Assembly (NCBI GenBank): GCA_028718605.1
Contig: JAQULM010000001.1
Coordinates: 263,422-327,421 of the forward strand
Source of the DNA: Patescibacteria group bacterium
Lineage (GTDB): Bacteria > Patescibacteriota > Patescibacteriia > UBA10025 > JAHIVO01
Length of the DNA: 64,000 nucleotides
Reading direction: 5' to 3'
Shown: positions 57,253-64,000 of the stretch, piece after piece
Layout of the letters: each line of letters opens with the position of its first letter
Position numbering within the stretch: position 1 is the first letter of the stretch
Notes under the pieces: generated by a model
Told to the model about the DNA's origin: nothing
What the model saw: the letters and a program-made list of their open reading frames with translations, nothing else
Databases searched by the model: none
Made by a program: the position numbers and the translations under genes

Positions 57253-57394
57253 AGGTATCCTCTATAGTATTACCCAAGCGGACGATGATGGCAACTCCTT
57301 CGCTTGTATAACCTTAAAAGCGGCCCTTTGAGTGCCGCTCTTAAGAATACGGAGGCGCGATATGCCGCCTCGATATATCCAGAAAAAATTCTAC

Positions 57395-57481
57395 TTATCT
57401 GCGTCGCTTTTTCGCGACTTTCCTTCGTTTCCGTACAACTTTCTTCTTCTTCCGGATGACTTTCTTCTTTTTCTTTGCCAT
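57395..57481 (-). CDS. Polybasic micro-protein (28 aa): MAKKKKKVIRKKKKVVRKRRKVAKKRRR
   Basis: AAAGGAGGTGA Shine-Dalgarno 8 nt upstream of the ATG. 22/28 residues are K/R. Not in the ORF track (too short). The antisense + ORF 57332..57520 looks like noise. Confidence 0.45.
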   Translation of the reverse strand: MAKKKKKVIRKKKKVVRKRRKVAKKRRR

Positions 57482-57658
57482 TGCTCCGTCACCTCCTTTC
57501 GAGGAATGATCAGAAACTAATGACTAATGTATATTGAAATATAAATGAAGAAGCAAATTTAAAAATATTCTTTACACCGTGCTGTATGCAAGAAGTATAG
57601 CACATTTTTTTACTTTATGCAATACGGATTTAAAAATTTTATACCGTATCGAAAAAAT

Positions 57659-58660
57659 TTATTGCAAGAATTCAATGATGCGTTTATTGAATGCATCAGC
57701 ACGCTCTTCCATCGGCAGGTGGCCGCTGTTTGAAAATACCGTCCACTCAGCATCCGGCAGTGACGCATGCAGCTGCTCGCCCGTTTCAACCGGAACGACT
57801 GCATCATTCGCCCCCCACACGACAAGCATCGGGGCCTGAATGCCGGAAAACGGTGAATCAACATGATTATGGGAGTTTTGAGATATCAAACGCACGAGCC
57901 CCCTATCCCATCCTGAAATCTTCGTGACCGCCATGTAACTTGAGAGGAGGTCGGGAGTGACGAAGCTCGAATCGGAATAAAATTTCGACATGCTTCCGCT
58001 AATGCGCTCCTCAGTCACGATGCGCCGAACCACGATCCGTCCCCACCGTTCAAGTGGCGGAAACCTCAGCACGCCTGCAAAGGTACTCCAGAAACCGCCG
58101 TCTGCCGGAAACCACCCATCGGCAATGACGATTTTATTTATTCTCTCGGGGTATTTCTGCGCGAAATGCGCCAGTACGTTCGCACCCATGCTGTGCACAA
58201 CGAACGACGCCGATGAGATGCCAATGCTGTCCATAACGTGTGCGACAAACTCCGCCTGTGCTGCGTGCGAATAGTCTTCTTTGTTTGATTTATCGCTGAG
58301 GTCAAACCCCTTCAGGTCAAATGCATACGCATGGAACCCGCCCTGCTCGAGCGCAGGGAGCGTGAAACGCCAGTTGAATGTCCCGCCGCCGAATCCATGG
58401 ATGAGAATAACCGGCTCCGCGTCCAGTCTCCCCGCCTCTTGTATAAATGTCCGTACGCCATCAACCGTAATAAACGAGCCGCCTGCAGGCGCAAGGGTAG
58501 TGGGGTCAACGAATTTGTCGTTCGAAAGCGGGATCAAGTACGAGGAAAATAACAGGAGAATAAGCACGACAACGGCGCCTATGAGTAGTCGCACCCACTT
58601 CTGGCGCCGGCGAACTTTGACCTGGCTGGCAAAGTCGTAATCTTCGAGTTCTTTTACCAT
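57659..58660 (-). CDS. Alpha/beta-hydrolase fold protein with an N-terminal TM
   Basis: HGFGGG oxyanion region, VHSMGA nucleophile elbow and a C-terminal His. Confidence 0.75.
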   Translation of the reverse strand: MVKELEDYDFASQVKVRRRQKWVRLLIGAVVVLILLLFSSYLIPLSNDKFVDPTTLAPAGGSFITVDGVRTFIQEAGRLDAEPVILIHGFGGGTFNWRFTLPALEQGGFHAYAFDLKGFDLSDKSNKEDYSHAAQAEFVAHVMDSIGISSASFVVHSMGANVLAHFAQKYPERINKIVIADGWFPADGGFWSTFAGVLRFPPLERWGRIVVRRIVTEERISGSMSKFYSDSSFVTPDLLSSYMAVTKISGWDRGLVRLISQNSHNHVDSPFSGIQAPMLVVWGANDAVVPVETGEQLHASLPDAEWTVFSNSGHLPMEERADAFNKRIIEFLQ

Positions 58661-58739
58661 CTGAGTTTTGCTGCAAATGTATCGAACACCGCCCTATTAC
58701 ACGCTCCTCTACCATCCCATTATACATCAGAAAAAATAT

Positions 58740-59546
58740 CTAGGCGATACGGTATCGTGCCCCCTGCCGCCGTATGAACCCCTCCGCTCGGAGTTCGGAG
58801 AGCGCCTTTTGGATGCGGATTTTGCCAAACCCTGCCTCTTTCGCCACTGCATCCAGATCGAGCGTGCGCGCACTGAGTGCCCGAATGATCGCTCCGCGGA
58901 CCTGGCGGTTCGACCCCTCGAATTTCGGTTGGCGGGAATAGAACGCGCTCTTCCTCCCGGGGTTTTTGAATTCTTTCTTTACCCATGCCCCGTAATCCAT
59001 GAGCGCTGAATACCAACGCCGCGGGTTTCTGCGGTCAAGCGCGGCGGCAACGAACGGGGCGAGATCCTTATCCGCAACGGCTGCACGGTGCGGAAAAAAA
59101 TGATGGATAAAGGCAGCGCGGATGTTTGTTTCAATAAACACCACGGGCTCATTGTATGCATACACGAGGACAGCATTCGCGGTCGCGTTTCCCAGCCCGG
59201 GCAATCGCACCAACTCCTCTGCTGTCCGAGGCACGCTGCCATGATGCAGACGGACAATCTCGCGGCTCAGTTTCTTGAGCGATAACGCACGCCGATTGTA
59301 CCCCATGCCCTGCCATACCCGTACTATCCGCTTCAAGGGCGCATTCGCGAGCGAACGTATGCTCGGAAACGCATGTATAAATTCTGAATACTTTTTGGCA
59401 ACGCGCGGCACCTGCGTTTGCTGGAGCATCACTTCTGAAACAAGAATATGGTACGGATTCCTGGTTGTACGCCACGGCAAGAACCGGCGGTGCCGCCGGT
59501 AGTACGCATACACAGTCCGCTGAAATCGTTGTACGCTTGCTTCCAT
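58740..59546 (-). CDS. HhH-GPD superfamily DNA glycosylase (endonuclease III/MutY-like), no Fe-S cysteine cluster visible
   Basis: VSEVMLQQTQV ... LPGLGNATANAVL HhH-GPD motif. Confidence 0.7.
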   Translation of the reverse strand: MEASVQRFQRTVYAYYRRHRRFLPWRTTRNPYHILVSEVMLQQTQVPRVAKKYSEFIHAFPSIRSLANAPLKRIVRVWQGMGYNRRALSLKKLSREIVRLHHGSVPRTAEELVRLPGLGNATANAVLVYAYNEPVVFIETNIRAAFIHHFFPHRAAVADKDLAPFVAAALDRRNPRRWYSALMDYGAWVKKEFKNPGRKSAFYSRQPKFEGSNRQVRGAIIRALSARTLDLDAVAKEAGFGKIRIQKALSELRAEGFIRRQGARYRIA

Positions 59547-59547
59547 A

Positions 59548-60057
59548 TTACAGCGCCCGCAACCGCTGGTTGACGAGAATCATGTTATCAGTCCAGGGCT
59601 GCTCCATGTCGAGAATGGTATATTCAAAACCTGCCGTCTCCAGCAGCGCTAAGTATACGCCGGGAAAATCTCGCTTGAGCCGGCGCTCCATCGCAGCTGG
59701 TTCTATCTTTTCAGGCCGCGCAGCGAGGCGCTGCCGCAAGGTATCCACCGACGCCGTGCACAAAAATACAATAATCGAACGCTCTCGCTGCAGCTCTTGC
59801 AGCATTGAAACGTTGAACTGTTCATGGTTCGTCCCGAGTTCTAGAATGACAGATTCATCTTGAAGTTCCCGCACGTGTTTATACATATCGCGGTACCCGT
59901 CGAGCGTCCTGTCTTCTGGAATTTTACCGTCAACCGCGTAGGCGAATACAAACGGTTTCACGTCGACATACGGCACATCCGGAAATGCCTCACGGATGAG
60001 CGTCGTTTTGCCCACTCCTGGTTTCCCCATGAATACGATAAGCCTTTTCTTCTCCAT
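59548..60057 (-). CDS. P-loop NTPase/kinase-like protein
   Basis: MEKKRLIVFMGKPGVGKTT Walker A at the start. The track ORF extends to 60111. Confidence 0.55.
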   Translation of the reverse strand: MEKKRLIVFMGKPGVGKTTLIREAFPDVPYVDVKPFVFAYAVDGKIPEDRTLDGYRDMYKHVRELQDESVILELGTNHEQFNVSMLQELQRERSIIVFLCTASVDTLRQRLAARPEKIEPAAMERRLKRDFPGVYLALLETAGFEYTILDMEQPWTDNMILVNQRLRAL

Positions 60058-60133
60058 GCATACAGTATATCCTAACATCTCCGCATAACAAAACCTTCCG
60101 CGCGAATCCATGAATGGATGGGCGGAAGGTTCC

Positions 60134-60595
60134 CTAGGTGACTTCGGTCAGGTGGACGTCCGTATCTCCCCGGCAGTACGCCGCATGGAAGCGCCGCGGC
60201 CGGGGCATGCACGCCAGGCACGAGAGCTCGATCTCGATTTCGACGCGGTACCGCATGGTGGCCCCCGGATCGCGTACCATCGTAACGGCACGGGGCTGTG
60301 TTTCGTGGAGTTCTTTCCTGCATACGGGGCAGAAAAACCGCTTGGAATCAGCGTATTCTTGCGGTAGAGAACCGCGCACGAAACCGGCGGTGATAACGAG
60401 CTGCACCAGCTCATCTTCTCCCCGTGTCGAAATGGTAACGGGAAACCGGCACCCGCTGCCTTCCTGCACCACATGGTGCCCGCACGGTACGCACTCCCAG
60501 AGCACAACGTTTGCGAGCGCAAGCCTGCTGACGCTGATCACGAACGCCATCGGACGGAAGCACATAGGGCATAGGAGAGCGTCATTCTCTGCCAT
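60134..60595 (-). CDS. Cysteine-rich zinc-ribbon protein, hypothetical
   Basis: CPMC ... CVPCGHH ... CPVC ... CLAC pairs. 153 aa. Confidence 0.4.
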   Translation of the reverse strand: MAENDALLCPMCFRPMAFVISVSRLALANVVLWECVPCGHHVVQEGSGCRFPVTISTRGEDELVQLVITAGFVRGSLPQEYADSKRFFCPVCRKELHETQPRAVTMVRDPGATMRYRVEIEIELSCLACMPRPRRFHAAYCRGDTDVHLTEVT

Positions 60596-60676
60596 ATACC
60601 CTCCAAGTACTATGTGAAGAACGCACTGTTATTTTCATACCAACCTACCATAAACAATGCACGTACGCAAGGTCCC

Positions 60677-60705
60677 TTGACAATCCATCGAACGTCTGGT
60701 ACGAT
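60677..60705 (+). promoter_or_regulatory. Sigma70-like promoter for the small + strand gene cluster
   Basis: TTGACA-17 nt-TACGAT, about 90 nt before the ATG at 60796. Confidence 0.5.
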
Positions 60706-60795
60706 GCAGCACTCATGCTACTTTGAAATCTCAATAGGATTGATTTCCCGGAAATAGGAATTCCCAAACACTTCGTCTCACTAAAGGAGGTTTTT

Positions 60796-61020
60796 ATGAG
60801 ACGGCTCTTGGGAATCCTCATCATGGCTTTTGGCATCTGGTTCGCGGCCAACATCGACCCGGCCCTGCATGCCAAGGAATCGAAAAACAAGTCGTTCCAA
60901 GTCACCAAAGGAGCGCTTGACCCTTCGGAAATCCCGATCGCCACACTCATCATTGAGGGCGTCGGGGTATTCCTGGTTTTTGCGGACGGCACGGTCCGCA
61001 AAATCACGCCCAAGAAATGA
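60796..61020 (+). CDS. Small membrane protein (74 aa), hypothetical
   Basis: AAAGGAGG Shine-Dalgarno 6 nt upstream. One N-terminal and one C-terminal hydrophobic segment. Confidence 0.55.
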   Translation: MRRLLGILIMAFGIWFAANIDPALHAKESKNKSFQVTKGALDPSEIPIATLIIEGVGVFLVFADGTVRKITPKK

Positions 61021-61105
61021 GCGGATGCTCCTCTTGGTAATTCAAACGTTCCGCGGGATCAGCAGCACAAATGCTGGTCCTGCGGGCAGAATGGAGGTTA
61101 ATTGG

Positions 61106-61798
61106 ATGAATGAAACCCGCGCACGCGGTACGATCATTGATGGCATCGCGTCACTGACCGGAAAGCCGGTTCCCGAAGGGTTCCAAGTTATCCTAACCGG
61201 ATATGATCATCTGGACGCCCCGTGCGGAATCATTCCGGGCACGGGGATGCGTCCCGCGCCGTTCAATGGCATTATCGTGCCTGAATGGATCTGGTCTCAG
61301 TCTTCCGTACTGATGCTGTACGCATATACGGGGCTCGAACTCGTGAACTGCTTCTTCATGCAGCAGATCACTCAAGTCGAGCAGGACTTCGCAGCCAAGC
61401 TCGCGACGCTGAGCGCCCAGTTTACTGGCAAGTGGGACACGCCTGAATACCGGCGTGCGGACGAGACGTTGCTTTACGAGCTCCACGTTAAGCACGGCTA
61501 TGAGAACGTCTATCTGTACCGCAAGCTCATCTCGGATCCCGAGGTGTTCGATTGGTTCTCACACAAGCAACAGTGGGATCCAAACGGGATCATCTATGCT
61601 CTATCGTTATTGCGCGACGAAGCACCCCGGCGCAACATCGTTAAGCCGTGGCTGTATTCACGAGAACAGGCACTGCAACTCCGCATCAACCACCTGGTTC
61701 TCCTTCGGGACAACGAGGCCGAGGAAGCCCGCAGCCTCAGAGAACCTATCATCGAGGCTGCCCGCAGAATCGATCCGTCTGTAATCGTACCTGCATGA
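61106..61798 (+). CDS. Hypothetical protein (230 aa)
   Basis: ATG at 61106 with a GGAGG Shine-Dalgarno. A terminator follows. The longer track ORF (from 60830) is in a different frame from the small gene and was rejected. Confidence 0.5.
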   Translation: MNETRARGTIIDGIASLTGKPVPEGFQVILTGYDHLDAPCGIIPGTGMRPAPFNGIIVPEWIWSQSSVLMLYAYTGLELVNCFFMQQITQVEQDFAAKLATLSAQFTGKWDTPEYRRADETLLYELHVKHGYENVYLYRKLISDPEVFDWFSHKQQWDPNGIIYALSLLRDEAPRRNIVKPWLYSREQALQLRINHLVLLRDNEAEEARSLREPIIEAARRIDPSVIVPA

Positions 61799-61805
61799 GT
61801 ACACT

Positions 61806-61848
61806 CCCCACCTTCGCACCAAACACGCGGAGGTGGGGCAGTTTTTTT
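61806..61848 (+). terminator. Rho-independent terminator
   Basis: CCCCACCT ... AGGTGGGG stem followed by TTTTTTT. Confidence 0.65.
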
Positions 61849-61952
61849 ATATTGACAAAACACGCCCTTCCCTGGTACGGTGATTGGCTAGTAAACCAAT
61901 CGAAACAAAGAAACCTTGAAATAAACGACAGCTCTACCGTTAAGGAGGTACC

Positions 61953-63275
61953 ATGAAAAAGCTGTTATTCGGAATCATCCTATTCGCGCTTGGCTGTATG
62001 CTCTGCCCGCGCGCAGCCGCACAGCACCCTGGCAGCCAGCCAAAGGCTGACACGGCTGCTACCCTCACGATCGACGACATCAGGCTCGAACTCGGGCAGG
62101 GACGGCTGCACCGTTATCTGGGCGACGACGACCGCGGTGTCTACTGGGAACGATCGCTCGACCTGTACATCTCGTCCGGCCACCGGACGCTCGCAAGCTT
62201 TTCTCTCACGTCTGAAGACTTCAGCGGTACGGATCTTTCGTTCATGTCGGCAAACGTCCAGACCCGCTCGCTCGGCTTCGCCATCCCCATCCGCACGGTG
62301 ACCGTACGGCTCGTCGACAACAACTGGGTTGACCAAGCCCGGAATAGCAGCGTCGATGCCGGCGGCGCCTACCTCGAGTGGAAGCCCAGACAGTCAACCT
62401 ATCTCGAGGCGGGCGGCGAACTGTTTTACCGGAAGCCTATCGAACTGCTGTACACATTCGGCGTCGAGTGGTTCAAGAAGCCGATGCTCTTCAAGGGGCT
62501 CTCGCTGGGCTTTTCCCACCGCAACGTGCATGAAGACGGCGTAGCCCATGCCAACCAGGACCTGGTCGAAGCGGGCGCGATCATTCCCGTGGGACCAGCC
62601 GAGTTCGGCATTGGCGCGAGTACGCGCACCGATACTGCTGCGTGGAACGATGGTTCCCGCGCGTACATGGTGTCATGTGCCGTACCAGTCCCGTTCAATG
62701 CAGGTGCGTGGCAACCCGGCGGTTACGCATGTTACTTCGAAAAACCGGCAAGCCAACGGGTCATGGTAATGGGCTCATTCGGTGGCGCTGCGTTCAACCC
62801 CAAGACGATCGAAGCGCTGCAGGAATCCGGGTTTCGCAACCTCCTGACCCCGACGCGGATCGTGAACAACCAGATGTTCTACATCAGCGCCCTCAACGAG
62901 CATTCCCAGGAGTTCGGGCGTATCGCCTACTACTTCGTCTGGGTTCGGGCGGACATCACCGAAGACGTGCGCATCGACAGCTACAAGGGCTCCATGTACC
63001 TGACCGCGTGGGATTGGAAGCGCGGCTGCCTGGGCAAGCCGTTTGTCGGCTATACGTACGAATACGAGGACGACGTGACGTTCAACATGCGGCAGCGCCG
63101 CCTCGAATCGGTCGGCCATGCGAACCATGCGCTCGAAGCGGGCATCCGGCTTCGGTTGTTCGATAACGCCGATACGAGCTTCGAACGCGGGTGGGTTCGG
63201 TTCAACGTCGTCGGAATGTTCAGCCATTCGCACATGGAGGGTGTCGGCATACGGGCAACCATGTGGCTGCTCTAG
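61953..63275 (+). CDS. Secreted beta-rich (porin/beta-barrel-like) protein, elevated GC
   Basis: AAGGAGG Shine-Dalgarno, signal peptide MKKLLFGIILFALGCMLCPRAAA, alternating amphipathic beta pattern, and a C-terminus ... RATMWLL. 440 aa. Confidence 0.5.
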   Translation: MKKLLFGIILFALGCMLCPRAAAQHPGSQPKADTAATLTIDDIRLELGQGRLHRYLGDDDRGVYWERSLDLYISSGHRTLASFSLTSEDFSGTDLSFMSANVQTRSLGFAIPIRTVTVRLVDNNWVDQARNSSVDAGGAYLEWKPRQSTYLEAGGELFYRKPIELLYTFGVEWFKKPMLFKGLSLGFSHRNVHEDGVAHANQDLVEAGAIIPVGPAEFGIGASTRTDTAAWNDGSRAYMVSCAVPVPFNAGAWQPGGYACYFEKPASQRVMVMGSFGGAAFNPKTIEALQESGFRNLLTPTRIVNNQMFYISALNEHSQEFGRIAYYFVWVRADITEDVRIDSYKGSMYLTAWDWKRGCLGKPFVGYTYEYEDDVTFNMRQRRLESVGHANHALEAGIRLRLFDNADTSFERGWVRFNVVGMFSHSHMEGVGIRATMWLL

Positions 63276-63295
63276 GCCGCGAATCAAGAAAGCAA

Positions 63296-63332
63296 AAAAC
63301 GGCGGTTCTCTCTGAGGGAAGCGCCGTTTTTC
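63296..63332 (+). terminator. Rho-independent terminator
   Basis: AACGGCG ... CGCCGTT stem followed by TTTTT. Confidence 0.6.
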
Positions 63333-63411
63333 TATTGACACGGGCAGTGATATCGAATAGTGTAAAATGAATACCAGTAAAAACAAACCCTCAAACGGAC
63401 GGAGGCAAGGA

Positions 63412-64000
63412 GTGAAACAGCCCTTTATCATGTGCACCCTGTGCGTGTTAGCCGTGATCCTCATTTCAGGATGCCGGAACGACGACACGGCGCAACCCGT
63501 CACGGTGGTCATGATCTTCGAGAACACACCCGGCAACGCGCACCAAGCGGTTGACAGCATGCGTGCCGAACAGGCCTTCCAGGCGCTCTGTGCGAATCTG
63601 GACAGCTTTCCGAACGAGGTCACCTTCCCCATGGGATGGTTCGAGTTCCAGGACTACCGGACGGACTCGACCGCGTGCGCCGTTGAGCAGACAGTAACCG
63701 TCACGATCACGGATGCCGATGCCTTTATCTATGCGTATGGGATCAACGCGTACTGGGCGCCGGGAATTGACTCGCTTTGGCTCGGCGACTATTTCTTGAT
63801 TGGTGATTCGCTCTGTGTGTTCGATTCGCTGCCCCACGCGTACCGTGCGTGGCTTGCGGCCATGGAATACTGCGCCCAGACGGCGCCATCAATCACTGAA
63901 ACAAGGGGGTTCGACTTCATCGTCGGCTTCCTCGACCAGGGAATCGTCATCCCAGAAAACGTCAGCGTGACGATACCGACGTCCTATGGAACGGTGCGCA
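63412..64000 (+). CDS. Putative lipoprotein, 3' end runs off the window
   Basis: GTG start with a GGAGGcaagga Shine-Dalgarno; the alternative is ATG at 63367. Hydrophobic segment with an LISGC lipobox-like motif. Open to the window end. Confidence 0.45.
   Translation, partial: MKQPFIMCTLCVLAVILISGCRNDDTAQPVTVVMIFENTPGNAHQAVDSMRAEQAFQALCANLDSFPNEVTFPMGWFEFQDYRTDSTACAVEQTVTVTITDADAFIYAYGINAYWAPGIDSLWLGDYFLIGDSLCVFDSLPHAYRAWLAAMEYCAQTAPSITETRGFDFIVGFLDQGIVIPENVSVTIPTSYGTVR

Noticed and set aside
57332-57520. + strand 62-aa ORF (MPLLRIRRRDMPPRY ...) overlapping the polybasic micro-ORF
   Set aside because: GTG start without a Shine-Dalgarno, and a low-complexity Phe/Leu-rich product that is simply the antisense of the Lys-codon run. 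The minus-strand micro-ORF has the strong Shine-Dalgarno.
60830-61798. 322-aa + ORF merging the small membrane gene region with the downstream hypothetical
   Set aside because: Its 5' part is out of frame with the strongly signalled 74-aa gene (AAAGGAGG Shine-Dalgarno). An internal ATG at 61106 with its own GGAGG Shine-Dalgarno explains the 3' part.
62775-63837. Minus-strand ORFs of 285 and 123 aa antisense to the porin-like and lipoprotein genes
   Set aside because: They lie entirely inside better-supported + strand genes that have a Shine-Dalgarno, signal peptides and terminators. Long antisense ORFs are expected in a GC-rich stretch.
1-64000. CRISPR arrays, transposases, integrases, reverse transcriptases, toxin-antitoxin pairs, rRNA genes
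   Set aside because: Scanned by eye for repeat-spacer periodicity and for characteristic protein motifs in all track ORFs, and none were found. The AbrB-like gene has no cognate toxin partner adjacent.

Overview
The window is gene-dense (about 90% coding) and almost entirely minus-strand. Its core is housekeeping: a glycolysis trio (gap-fba-tpiA), scpAB, aspS and asnS, dnaB-ybaB-recR, and a long str/S10/spc ribosomal superoperon (rpsL-rpsG-fusA-tuf-rpsJ ... rplO-secY-adk-map). The superoperon lacks L30, uses a type-Z S14, and has lysine-rich extensions on L23, S19 and L22. Those ribosomal features, two tRNAs without encoded CCA, two VirB2/TrbC-topology 'T4SS-pilin-like' small proteins, DUF192 and a short AspRS without the GAD insertion point to a CPR/Patescibacteria-like reduced genome. 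That is inference, not a database result. The accessory content worth a second look includes a locus at 2.4-11.3 kb: an AbrB-like regulator, an ATGA-overlapped heterodimeric ABC exporter pair, a pilin-like gene, a MacB-type ABC transporter, a flippase-like membrane protein, two tandem C39_2 peptidase-domain proteins and a small TM protein. A tRNA-Lys at 29.1 kb has its 3' end plus flank duplicated 169 bp away. This looks like an integration scar and sits next to a gene-poor AT-rich stretch, an orphan Cys-rich small ORF and the second pilin-like gene. A 28-codon polybasic micro-ORF with a strong Shine-Dalgarno sits at 57.4 kb. A presenilin-like GxGD membrane protein lies beside an M50 site-2 protease. 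Adk is fused to an extra P-loop kinase domain. Porin-like and lipoprotein genes lie in a higher-GC tail at 61.9-64 kb. Coordinates I derived by hand (tRNAs, small ORFs, promoters, terminators) may be off by 1-2 nt.
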